From the IMG/VR virus record IMGVR_UViG_3300037067_016734: DNA of 20,000 bases. The stretch is one strand, 5' to 3'. The DNA is from an uncultured virus (IMG/VR IMGVR_UViG_3300037067_016734) (taxonomy: Duplodnaviria; Heunggongvirae; Uroviricota; Caudoviricetes). Shown one piece after another: positions 1 to 8,087 of this stretch. Below the pieces are notes generated by a model that saw nothing but the letters and a program-made list of their open reading frames with translations, did not search any database and had not been told where the DNA came from. Both the position numbers and the translations under genes were made by a program. Position 1 is the stretch's first letter. Each line of letters opens with the position of its first letter.

Positions 1-891
1 CTTTATCCAGCCATAATTGGACAAGCCAAGGCGAAAGCGTTGTTGTCTGAGAGCATTGCGTTCGTCAAGAAGCGTAACGCTAGATTTCCGCATACCATTT
101 TCGAGAGTGCTACCGGTGGTACCGGTAAGACCTCAATGGTGCGCTTGACGGCTCAATATCTTGATGCAGACGTTGTAACGATTAATGCGATAGACGCCAA
201 ACCTCTTGATATAGCTAAGGCTATTGCGAAACACAATCCTTTTCGTAAGCTGGTTGTGTTTATTGAAGAATGGAATAGTCCAAATAAAGCATTGGATTAT
301 TTTTTGAGACCTCTCATTGAAGAAGATAGAGTGTTGGTAGAGGGAGAGGAGTATGAGTGCGATTATTTAAATCAAGTTTCTATTATCATTAGCTCCAACG
401 ACAAGACCGCTCTCCCGCAACCACTTCTTTCTCGTCTTGAGAGAGTCAAGATGGTTGATTATTCTCAGGAGGAACTGTATAAGATAGCTTGTCTATATCG
501 TGACTCTCAGCCTGACTTAAAGATTAGCGATGATGCTTTGCATGAGATTGCTAGTCGTAGTAGGGGGGTTCCTAGAACCATAGTTAAGATTATTGGAGCG
601 TGTTATAGGCACTTTGTAGTCACCGAAAAAGCTCTATCTAAATTAGATGTCATAGATGTCATGGTTAACTTCGATATTTATAAACATGGATTAAATGCGA
701 TAGATCTTAAGATTCTAAAAATGTTAAACGACCAGGATAGTCTCAGCTTAACCGCATTGTGCGGTATGACTAATGAAACACCTGAATCAATTCGTTATCA
801 GGAAGCTTTATTAATGCAGCTTGGTTTGATGGAGATCACCAATAAGAGAAGAATTACTATGAAAGGTAGATCTTTTCTGAGGGACTTATAA
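1..891 (+). CDS. ruvB: RuvB-like Holliday junction branch-migration AAA+ ATPase (5' partial, divergent)
   Basis: Frame is open from base 1 (LYPAIIGQAKAK..., matching the RuvB N-terminal 'iGQ'). Walker A GGTGKT, Walker B variant VFIEE, PLLSRL (cf. PLRDRF), sensor-2 RSRGVPR (cf. RSRGTPR), and C-terminal winged-helix region GLNAIDLKIL...LMQLGLMEIT. Confidence 0.8.
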   Translation, partial: LYPAIIGQAKAKALLSESIAFVKKRNARFPHTIFESATGGTGKTSMVRLTAQYLDADVVTINAIDAKPLDIAKAIAKHNPFRKLVVFIEEWNSPNKALDYFLRPLIEEDRVLVEGEEYECDYLNQVSIIISSNDKTALPQPLLSRLERVKMVDYSQEELYKIACLYRDSQPDLKISDDALHEIASRSRGVPRTIVKIIGACYRHFVVTEKALSKLDVIDVMVNFDIYKHGLNAIDLKILKMLNDQDSLSLTALCGMTNETPESIRYQEALLMQLGLMEITNKRRITMKGRSFLRDL

Positions 892-1109
892 TGATATTAA
901 CAGATTTGAATATTCTGAATTTATTTGAAAGTTTAGGAGTAGAAGATATCCATATTGTACGGAGTGCTACAGATGATGTTTATGTTCAGTCTAAAAGAAT
1001 TCTTCGTCCACTTGATCCTCATGATCACTTATACATAAATAGGTCGTGGGGAACATATCAAAGTTTTGCACGTGCAATGATGGCGTACATAAAAGATGAC
1101 ACACTGTAA
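891..1109 (+). CDS. Small protein, 'TxLNxxNL' N-terminal motif family, copy 1
   Basis: 72 aa, starts MILTDLNILNLFESLG; TAATG overlap with the ruvB stop. Confidence 0.75.
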   Translation: MILTDLNILNLFESLGVEDIHIVRSATDDVYVQSKRILRPLDPHDHLYINRSWGTYQSFARAMMAYIKDDTL

Positions 1110-1374
1110 ATATTGTAAGACACAACTAGGATCAAGAGAGAAAAAGATTTGTTTTTCCTGTTCTAATAAATACGGTAAAATGAAGATGAAATTATTTAAG
1201 GAAGCGAAGGCAATATTTGGTGTTCTTGATACACCGCAGAAACTAAAACAATTAAAAGATTATATTGATCATAGAATGGTACAGGCTCAAAAAATTACAC
1301 ATTCAAGAGAAAACAATATCGTATGGATTGATTTTATTTTATTTGAACCAAAAATATATGATGTGGAATTATGA
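1096..1374 (+). CDS. Hypothetical protein with N-terminal CxxC...CxxC zinc-binding motif
   Basis: CKYC...CFSC in 92 aa; overlaps both neighbours. Confidence 0.65.
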   Translation: MTHCKYCKTQLGSREKKICFSCSNKYGKMKMKLFKEAKAIFGVLDTPQKLKQLKDYIDHRMVQAQKITHSRENNIVWIDFILFEPKIYDVEL

Positions 1375-1571
1375 CTGAATTGAATCTTCTTAATTTGTGT
1401 TGGTATTGTGGGCTAGAGGACGCTCAAATAATTCATCGGGGCGGTATATGGATCAAGAGTGATATATTTACGAAGGCTAGACACCATATGGTATGTATTG
1501 ATAAATATCAACAAAGAGATGTGTATGATAATGTGCAATTTATATATAATTATTTAGAACATTATAGTTAA
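1371..1571 (+). CDS. Small protein, 'TxLNxxNL' family, copy 2
   Basis: 66 aa, starts MTELNLLNLCWYCG; ATGA overlap. Confidence 0.75.
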   Translation: MTELNLLNLCWYCGLEDAQIIHRGGIWIKSDIFTKARHHMVCIDKYQQRDVYDNVQFIYNYLEHYS

Positions 1572-1577
1572 ATATTT

Positions 1578-1700
1578 CTATGGTTTTTTAATCTTCAAGG
1601 ATTCTTCAGCTTCCTCTTCGATTTCTTTTATCTTCTCTTTGAGTAGATTATCCATATATTCTTGAAGCTTTTCAGGGGATGATGATTTGTCTTTGTCCAC
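1578..1700 (-). CDS. Small charged helical peptide (40 aa), not in ORF track
   Basis: GTG at 1700 reads (M)DKDKSSSPEKLQEYMDNLLKEKIKEIEEEAEESLKIKKP, TAG at 1580-1578; fills the gap at the end of the minus-strand operon. Confidence 0.45.
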   Translation of the reverse strand: MDKDKSSSPEKLQEYMDNLLKEKIKEIEEEAEESLKIKKP

Positions 1701-2280
1701 TTGCCCTCATGCGCTCCATTACAAATCTATCTACAAATTGTTTTCCTGTGATATCTAAAATATCACGATTAGATCCTCTTACTGCTAACCAAGGAATATG
1801 AATTAGACTTGCAGGATAAGGTAGACTTAAGAGATCGCGTCTAACTTCTGGAATACAGAAAACGGCAGGGTTCTCTAAAGATCCCAATGAGTGATCTTTC
1901 TTTAATAGATTAGCGAAAAATCCAAAAATTAACATATTACTACCGGCTCTAAGATCAAATTTTTCGTCTCCTCTATCTCCTAAAGCTCTTTCCATGATTT
2001 TTCCATAATCTTCATTAAAACTATTACCTTCTGTAGTCATCTTTCTAGCTAATTCATCCATCATTTTTGTAGATAAATCAAGATGCATTCCTTGTAATAG
2101 ATTCCCTTCAATATAGCTTTTAGCGATAGTAGGATTACCAACTCGATCTAACATAGCATAACCAAAAGTTAAATCTAGGATTCCCATATCCCAAGCGTCA
2201 TCATCCAAAATTAAATCAATTGCACCAACAGCACTGGCACCTTGATATGAACCATCTAATGTACTAACTCTTCCCTTCAT
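1672..2280 (-). CDS. Hypothetical protein (202 aa)
   Basis: Long ORF coupled to the upstream gene; no recognised motif. Confidence 0.75.
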   Translation of the reverse strand: MKGRVSTLDGSYQGASAVGAIDLILDDDAWDMGILDLTFGYAMLDRVGNPTIAKSYIEGNLLQGMHLDLSTKMMDELARKMTTEGNSFNEDYGKIMERALGDRGDEKFDLRAGSNMLIFGFFANLLKKDHSLGSLENPAVFCIPEVRRDLLSLPYPASLIHIPWLAVRGSNRDILDITGKQFVDRFVMERMRASGQRQIIIP

Positions 2281-2575
2281 CAGCTTCTATCTCCTTGACG
2301 ATTTCATCTAGAGGAGCAAAACCTTGGAATTGTTTCTTAAGGAAACTAATCCAATTCTTATTGCTATAAGAAAAGCCTTGTCCAAACCCTATAAAATGTC
2401 CTGCATCATAAGCTATATAAAAACTAATATAAAAAATTGATGCTACTATCATACCACCTATAATTGCAAGGGGTGTTTTAGTAACAAAAGTTAATCCATA
2501 CCACGTTAATATAGCAATGATAAGAGGAAAAAGGATAATATAGATTTCTCTAGCTTTTTGTTGGTAGAATCTCAT
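2264..2575 (-). CDS. Hypothetical membrane protein (2 TM segments)
   Basis: Hydrophobic stretches IYIILFPLIIAILTWYGL and LAIIGGMIVASIFYISFYIAY; AGGAG SD upstream; ATGA overlap with the tnpB stop. Confidence 0.75.
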   Translation of the reverse strand: MRFYQQKAREIYIILFPLIIAILTWYGLTFVTKTPLAIIGGMIVASIFYISFYIAYDAGHFIGFGQGFSYSNKNWISFLKKQFQGFAPLDEIVKEIEADEGKS

Positions 2576-3675
2576 TTTGAGTTTTCTCCTATATGTTTTT
2601 TAGGAGCGGCATCTACCATTGCGATTGAAAATCGCGCTGCTGCCGCTTCCCCGCGCTGAAGGATGTTCTTTGCCGCATTGATATCGGCGTGTTCTCTGTG
2701 GCTACACGAACATCGAAAAACATCTCCGACACGGTTCTTTTTGTCGGCTTTTCCACACGCGGAACAGGTGATGCTTGTTTGATAAGGACTAACGCTTCTA
2801 AAAGCAACACGGTTGTCTTCACAGAAGCGTTGAATCCTCGACAAAGCATAGCCTTGATTCCAACTGCCGATCAAACAACGAGTCCGTTTTTGAACTCGTC
2901 TCTGTTTTGTGCCTGAAGAGATTCCCTTCAGACGTTCAACATACAAAGTTTTGGCTTCACTCGGAAGCGATTTGATTGTCCGGTTCATTTCATTGCGGAG
3001 ATGGATTGCTTGTCCTCTACGTCCCTTTGAACCCGGTCTTTTGCGAAGCATTTTTTCAATGATTGGTTTGATGTCTCCTAACAATTCTCCTTCCGAAGTT
3101 GCAAGGAAATGATTGATTCCAAGATCAATCCCGATTGCTCTTCCCTCTTCTCTTTTTGTTCCCGTTTCAATCTCGAAAGAGAATTGAACTTTGTCGGGAG
3201 AAAGAAGGCAGGCTTGATTCATGCGTCCGCGTTTTTGTAGGTTCTTGAAATGTTTATGAGATTTGATGGGGAGATCAAAGATTAAACCATCACCGATGCT
3301 TTTAAGATGCAACCAATAATCAAAATAAGTCGTTTCTTCTGGAAATTGCAATTCCGCGAATTGATTCATATCCCTTAAACGAATCGATTTTCCAGAATGT
3401 TTTGGTTTGGAATATTCGCATTTTAAGCTTTTAGCGGCATTTTTTGTTGCTTTGATCATGTAGATTGCTTCGTTGGCGGCTTCCCGTTTCAGTCCAGCGG
3501 ACAACCAAGAATCGATTTTAATTTTTGTGATTCGTTTTTCAGGAACGTCTTTCCAAAATCGATCTATAAATAAATTCACCAATCGGCTATATTCCGCAAT
3601 CACAATTCGCACCAAATCCCGCTTTTCCTGAGAAGCAAATTTTAGAGAACAAGTTGTGGAACGAATTGTTTTCAC
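2572..3675 (-). CDS. tnpB: TnpB / Cas12f-like RNA-guided RuvC endonuclease (IS200/IS605 TnpB family)
   Basis: RuvC-I AIGIDLGINHFLATS, RuvC-II LYVERL, zinc finger TSITCSACG...FRCSCS, RuvC-III HADINAAKNIL; 367 aa; catalytic D/E/D appear intact; visibly more GC-rich than its flanks. Confidence 0.9.
   Translation of the reverse strand: MKTIRSTTCSLKFASQEKRDLVRIVIAEYSRLVNLFIDRFWKDVPEKRITKIKIDSWLSAGLKREAANEAIYMIKATKNAAKSLKCEYSKPKHSGKSIRLRDMNQFAELQFPEETTYFDYWLHLKSIGDGLIFDLPIKSHKHFKNLQKRGRMNQACLLSPDKVQFSFEIETGTKREEGRAIGIDLGINHFLATSEGELLGDIKPIIEKMLRKRPGSKGRRGQAIHLRNEMNRTIKSLPSEAKTLYVERLKGISSGTKQRRVQKRTRCLIGSWNQGYALSRIQRFCEDNRVAFRSVSPYQTSITCSACGKADKKNRVGDVFRCSCSHREHADINAAKNILQRGEAAAARFSIAMVDAAPKKHIGENSK
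2603..2650 (-). other. Nested RNA/DNA hairpin at the tnpB 3' end (candidate omegaRNA/right-end element)
   Basis: Outer stem GGAGCGGCA (2603-2611) / TGCCGCTTCC (2641-2650) with one bulge, enclosing inner stem GCGAT-TGAAA-ATCGC (2621-2635); lies directly downstream of the RuvC-III codons. Confidence 0.45.
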
Positions 3676-3701
3676 AAAAACATTGTACCCGTTTTAGAAA
3701 A

Positions 3702-3989
3702 TTAAAATGAGTTACTATTTTTTGTTTCATTGGCTTGTATAATCCCTGTTTCAAGATAAAACTTAACAATATCTTCTTCTGAAATCTTAAAAATGATATT
3801 CAAGATAGAGGTTGCGGTTCCGAGGAGATATTTTAGATCATCTGTGAGTGGTGTTAAAAACACTTGTTCGTCATCCTTGACGGAAAGAATGGCTTCTTTA
3901 TAGCCGTACTCATTTATCAAGGTTTGGATTTTTTCAATGAATTCGTTGAGTTTGTTTGTGTTCTCGATATTTGCTTCGTTTTCTGCCAT
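3702..3989 (-). CDS. Hypothetical acidic protein (about 95 aa)
   Basis: ATG at 3989 preceded by GGAG SD (TTGGAGTATATTATG) is more likely than the TTG at 4001. Confidence 0.7.
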   Translation of the reverse strand: MAENEANIENTNKLNEFIEKIQTLINEYGYKEAILSVKDDEQVFLTPLTDDLKYLLGTATSILNIIFKISEEDIVKFYLETGIIQANETKNSNSF

Positions 3990-4086
3990 AATATACTCCA
4001 AAATTTGATTAAGAGAGACGATCCTCTCTACAATGTTTTACCCATTCGATAAAATTTTTGTAAAGCGAAACCAATATACCGGATAA

Positions 4087-4097
4087 TGTGGTATAGT
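4087..4097 (+). promoter_or_regulatory. Extended -10 promoter (TGTGG-TATAGT)
   Basis: In the divergent intergenic region; same TGTG-N-TAnnnT pattern as other promoters; no clear -35. Confidence 0.45.
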
Positions 4098-4131
4098 AAA
4101 TTGTCGTAAATTTAGCTTAAAAGGTGCTTAT

Positions 4132-4332
4132 ATGGACGAAAAAAAGCCTACCATCAATCAACTTATTTATACCGGACGTATTAACGAAGAAGTTCGGTAT
4201 ATGACTTATTATCCTTGTTATGTTCGAGATATTTCTTCAGACAAAACAAGATTAATCATAGAATTTCATTCGTATAATCATACATATTCTTGGGAAGTCC
4301 CTGCCAGTTCCGTTCTACGTACTATAAACTAA
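4132..4332 (+). CDS. Hypothetical protein (66 aa)
   Basis: AAGGT SD upstream; first gene of the rightward block. Confidence 0.65.
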   Translation: MDEKKPTINQLIYTGRINEEVRYMTYYPCYVRDISSDKTRLIIEFHSYNHTYSWEVPASSVLRTIN

Positions 4333-4348
4333 TTCGGGAGAATATGAA

Positions 4349-4963
4349 TTGAAGCTTGTAAGAAATAATAACAGCGAAGACCAAACCACGTTTAATTCAT
4401 ATGATTATGAACACGGCATTATACGCCTTTATGATGAGATTAATTTTAAAACTGTAAAAGAAATAAGTGAATTTCTTTGGAGTTATTTAGATATTCCGCC
4501 AATCGCAATCACTTCCAATGGTACCTGTATCACAAAGCCTCTAACAGTTGAGATTATGTCTCATGGTGGTTGTTTAAAGAGTGGGATGGCTGTTTACGAC
4601 ATGTTTCAAAAATTAAAGGTAGCCTATGCCCAATTACCTAGTCGTCTTCAGTTAACTACGGTTGGGATTGGGTATGTAGCTTCTAGTGCTACTATTATAT
4701 ATGCAGCGGGAGATAGAAGGTTGGCTTATCCTCATACAGAATTCCTTCTTCATCAACCCGCTCTAACCGGTGTTGGTGGAACAAGTGATGTTATTCTACA
4801 AGAAGGAAAATATTTAAAACTTGTAGAAGACGAAATGGTAGCCGTATACAGTAAAGTATGTAAAAAGAAAGTTGAACGTGTTCGTCTTGATATTGCAAAC
4901 AAAGAACTAGTTTTGACAGCCGAAGAAGCTATTAAATACGGACTGGTACACGAAATAATTTAA
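4349..4963 (+). CDS. clpP: ClpP-like serine protease (peptidase S14)
   Basis: IMSHGG (cf. INSPGG), GMAVYD, VASSATII (catalytic Ser), RRLAYPHTEFLLHQP (catalytic His), LTAEEAIKYGLVHEII; GGGAG SD before TTG. Confidence 0.9.
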   Translation: MKLVRNNNSEDQTTFNSYDYEHGIIRLYDEINFKTVKEISEFLWSYLDIPPIAITSNGTCITKPLTVEIMSHGGCLKSGMAVYDMFQKLKVAYAQLPSRLQLTTVGIGYVASSATIIYAAGDRRLAYPHTEFLLHQPALTGVGGTSDVILQEGKYLKLVEDEMVAVYSKVCKKKVERVRLDIANKELVLTAEEAIKYGLVHEII

Positions 4964-4972
4964 TTTCAGACC

Positions 4973-5001
4973 TTGACTTTCTACAAAGGATGTGGTAGAC
5001 T
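4973..5001 (+). promoter_or_regulatory. Sigma70-type promoter, likely leaderless transcript of the HD gene
   Basis: TTGACT (4973-4978), 17 nt, TAGACT (4996-5001) with TGTG extended -10; ATG at 5008, 7 nt downstream. Confidence 0.75.
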
Positions 5002-5007
5002 GTATAT

Positions 5008-5640
5008 ATGAAAAGATCCTTTTTTACCATCACGCACGGTGGAACAATTGTAACGGAAAATTTCGGAATCCCCTCGATTGCTGATATTGCATTTTGTTTG
5101 AACAAAATTAATAGATATAACGGTTCGAGTGATCAGGCGATTAGTGTTGCATCTCATTCTTTATTAGTATGGGCTTTTGCGAAAGATAGAGGGTGGGACT
5201 GCAAGCTTCAAATTGGCTCTCTTTTTCATGATGCAGCCGAAGCCGTAATTGGAGATATTCCGTCACCCCTAAAAACTGAATACTTTGATAAATTTGAAAA
5301 GAAGATTATCAATAGAATTATGTATAGTATTGGGGTACCAGAATTAACAGAAGAAGAAGATAAGGCTGTCAATGTAATCGATAAAGAAGTTTTATCCCTT
5401 GAGGTTCATAGTGGTTTTGGACCAAATGAATTGAAATTGTTTGTCCCGCGTTTTAATTATGAATCTGAATTTGGACATATTTATGATGAAGATTATATGA
5501 GTAAATATCCCAACGTTTTAGAAATTTTAGAAGAAGTATATCATTATAACAAAGGTCTCTCATGTGAAAATAGATCACATGAAATTGTCTTCAAAAACAC
5601 CGCTCTATCTTTAATAGCACAATATCATAATTTGGAGTAA
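5008..5640 (+). CDS. HD-domain phosphohydrolase (YfbR/YfdR-like 5'-deoxynucleotidase)
   Basis: DIAFCLNKINRYNG...SVASHS...LFHDAAEAVIGDIPSPLK, the typical phage HD pattern. Confidence 0.85.
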   Translation: MKRSFFTITHGGTIVTENFGIPSIADIAFCLNKINRYNGSSDQAISVASHSLLVWAFAKDRGWDCKLQIGSLFHDAAEAVIGDIPSPLKTEYFDKFEKKIINRIMYSIGVPELTEEEDKAVNVIDKEVLSLEVHSGFGPNELKLFVPRFNYESEFGHIYDEDYMSKYPNVLEILEEVYHYNKGLSCENRSHEIVFKNTALSLIAQYHNLE

Positions 5641-5642
5641 TA

Positions 5643-5909
5643 ATGGAAGTATATAGATATAGAATTCATAAAATGTCGTTCAAGTTTGGCGGTCCTACGT
5701 GGTACATTAGTAGGGTAGAAATACACGGTACAGTAGAATGGTATGCTACTTTAAACCATGAGGTAATTTGGGTTGAATCACATGTTGATGCGGACACATT
5801 TGCAAACTTCGAATTAGCGGATAGTACATTGCAGTTATATTTTAATGATATTGATGGTCAAACTATTCTTAACGATGAAATTGTAAAGGAGATTGCCAGA
5901 GAAGAATGA
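5643..5909 (+). CDS. Hypothetical protein (88 aa)
   Basis: GGAG SD; ATGA overlap with recA. Confidence 0.7.
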   Translation: MEVYRYRIHKMSFKFGGPTWYISRVEIHGTVEWYATLNHEVIWVESHVDADTFANFELADSTLQLYFNDIDGQTILNDEIVKEIAREE

Positions 5910-6853
5910 AGACAGAAGAGGATTTAATTACAGAAATAAATAAAAAATATGGAAAAGGAACCATTAAAAGTCTAGATGATCTAGTAGATGCAGAAAGAAT
6001 ATCTACTGGTTCTTTGAAGATAGATAATCTTATTGGAGGCGGAATCCCAAGAGGACATATGACTGAGATTTATGGTACAGAATACTCAGGCAAAACTACT
6101 CTAAGTCTTCAGACTATAGCCAATGCTCAGAGACAAGGTATAAGGTGTCTTTATATATTAGTAGAACAAGTCCTAGACAAAAACTATGCTCTATCTTTAG
6201 GTGTAAATCAAAATCCTGATAATCAATTAATAATAACTCAACCTAATTGCGGAGAAGACGTTATCGGGATAGCAAAGTCGTTTTGTGAAAGTGGAACAAT
6301 TGGAGTTATTGTCTTGGATTCCGTAGCTGCCATGACATCTCATCAAGAGTTAGAAGGAAACATTGGGGATGCTAATATGGGAGTAAGGGCCAGAATCATG
6401 AATCAGGCTGTTAGAGTATTAATGAAGCCCGTAGTCGATAATAATGTTGCAATGATCTTTGTTAATCAAATCCGTCAAAACCTATCCGGTTACGGAGGTA
6501 AGTCTATTCCGGGAGGAAAGGCGTTGGGTTATGGATGCACTATTATCTTGGATTTAACTAGGGTTAAAAAAGAAGAAGGGATTATTGAGGTAAAGGCGAC
6601 AGTAGAGAAGAACAAAATCGGTATAGCCCCCAAAACTACTTTAATTAATGTCTTCTTCAACAAAGGAACCTCTATCTATCGTGAAATGGTAGATGTTGGT
6701 TTAGAAAAGAAGCTCTGGATACAAGGAGGAGCATGGATTTCTGGAATTTCAGATCAAAAAATACAAGGAGTAGATAAAGCTACTGCATATTTTGAAGAGT
6801 TAGAAAAATCAGATAATAAGTCGTTTCAAGAATATTTGGAGAAGTTAAAGTAG
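5906..6853 (+). CDS. recA: RecA recombinase (divergent, bacterial-type)
   Basis: INKKYGKG, ISTGSLKIDNLIGGGIPRG, Walker A GTEYSGKTT, Walker B VIVLDSVAAM, ELEG...ARIMNQA, FVNQIR, PGGKAL, VEKNKI. Confidence 0.95.
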   Translation: MKTEEDLITEINKKYGKGTIKSLDDLVDAERISTGSLKIDNLIGGGIPRGHMTEIYGTEYSGKTTLSLQTIANAQRQGIRCLYILVEQVLDKNYALSLGVNQNPDNQLIITQPNCGEDVIGIAKSFCESGTIGVIVLDSVAAMTSHQELEGNIGDANMGVRARIMNQAVRVLMKPVVDNNVAMIFVNQIRQNLSGYGGKSIPGGKALGYGCTIILDLTRVKKEEGIIEVKATVEKNKIGIAPKTTLINVFFNKGTSIYREMVDVGLEKKLWIQGGAWISGISDQKIQGVDKATAYFEELEKSDNKSFQEYLEKLK

Positions 6854-6861
6854 ACGTTAAA

Positions 6862-6972
6862 ATGAGTGGACCATTAAACCCTCTACAACTTAAAAATTTT
6901 AAGTATAATGAATTTTTAGACTTAATGTTGTATTCTATAGACGCAAGTGCAGTATTATACGGACTAAAATAA
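6862..6972 (+). CDS. Possible small protein (36 aa)
   Basis: MSGPLNPLQLKNFKYNEFLDLMLYSIDASAVLYGLK fills the recA-IMPDH gap; no clear SD. Confidence 0.3.
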   Translation: MSGPLNPLQLKNFKYNEFLDLMLYSIDASAVLYGLK

Positions 6973-6986
6973 TAAAGGTTTAAAGA

Positions 6987-8075
6987 ATGAAAAAAGGTTT
7001 AAATTTTGATGATGTCTTGCTTTTCCCTCGTTTTTCCGATATTAGTTCTAGAACCGAACCGATTGTGAAAAGTAAAATCGTTGAAGGAATAGAGATAGAG
7101 TGTCCAATAATTCCCGCCAATATGGATTGCATCGCTTCTCCTGCGATGCATGACCTTATGTTTAAAATAAATAATAATAAAACGGGAAACTTTATTTATC
7201 ATAGATTTATAGAGATGAAAGCCTTAAAACCGGGAGATTTTGTTACTATTGGTTTGAGAGGTTTTCCTTCTGACGAATGGAACGTTAGAACATTGGCGAT
7301 AAACAATCATGATTGTCATTTTGTGATTGATATCGCTCACGCTCACTCTAAACAGGTTTTTGATGCTTTAGCCTTTTTAAAGAAAAAATATACTAAAAAA
7401 ATTATTGTTGGAAACGTAGGTACAAAAGAAGCAGCGCGTGATTTCTGTATGGCGGGAGTAGACGGATTAAAGATAGGTATAGGCTCAGGACATCCCTGTT
7501 TAACCAGAAACGTAACGGGTTGTGGAGTACCACAAATTACGGCTATCAAATGGGTATCCAAGATAGCGCATCAATTTGGAGTAACCACTATTGCAGATGG
7601 AGGGATCGGATCTTCTGATGATGCAGCGAAAGCATTGGCGGCAGGAGCCGATTCGATAATGATAGGATCAATGCTTGCAGGTACCGATGAAGCCGCAGGA
7701 AGATGGGTTAATAAATACGGGAATCCGTTAGTATATTACAAACATATTTCTCCTTCTCAACCAGATGAGCATATAGAAATCAATGATCATCCAGAATATT
7801 TAGAAGAATATATAAAACAATATGGAACAAAGGGTGTCTATAGAGAATATTGGGGTCAGAGTAGTGCCGACTATCAAAAAGTTTGGTTCGGGGGAATCAA
7901 ACCGGGAATAGTCCCAGAAGGCGAGACTCTATCTATTCCTTATAGTGGACCAGCAGAAGATACTATATATAAATTAGCTGCCGGATTAAAGTCCTCTATG
8001 TCTTATGTAGGAGCAAGAGATCTTGATGAATTTCGTAGAAAAGCTGAGTTTATTAAAGTTAACAAAATAAAATAG
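6987..8075 (+). CDS. IMP dehydrogenase / GMP reductase family oxidoreductase (no CBS domains)
   Basis: LNFDDVLLFP, IPANMD, IDIAHAHS, IVGNVGT, catalytic loop KIGIGSGHPCLTR...GCGVPQ, IADGGI, MIGSMLAGTDEA, PEG, GLKSSMSYVGA. Confidence 0.9.
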   Translation: MKKGLNFDDVLLFPRFSDISSRTEPIVKSKIVEGIEIECPIIPANMDCIASPAMHDLMFKINNNKTGNFIYHRFIEMKALKPGDFVTIGLRGFPSDEWNVRTLAINNHDCHFVIDIAHAHSKQVFDALAFLKKKYTKKIIVGNVGTKEAARDFCMAGVDGLKIGIGSGHPCLTRNVTGCGVPQITAIKWVSKIAHQFGVTTIADGGIGSSDDAAKALAAGADSIMIGSMLAGTDEAAGRWVNKYGNPLVYYKHISPSQPDEHIEINDHPEYLEEYIKQYGTKGVYREYWGQSSADYQKVWFGGIKPGIVPEGETLSIPYSGPAEDTIYKLAAGLKSSMSYVGARDLDEFRRKAEFIKVNKIK

Positions 8076-8087
8076 TAAGGATTATAG

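Noticed and set aside
3677..4039. 11-bp inverted repeat TACAATGTTTT (3687-3677 minus and 4029-4039 plus)
   Set aside because: Short and AT-rich, does not bracket tnpB, and is plausible by chance.
2300..4130. CRISPR array next to the Cas12f-like gene
   Set aside because: No regularly spaced direct repeats are visible; the flanks are coding.
5008..8075. 2-aminoadenine (Z-genome) pathway inferred from the HD hydrolase plus a purine enzyme
   Set aside because: No PurZ or MazZ in the window, and the HD protein fits the common phage YfbR/YfdR-like type.
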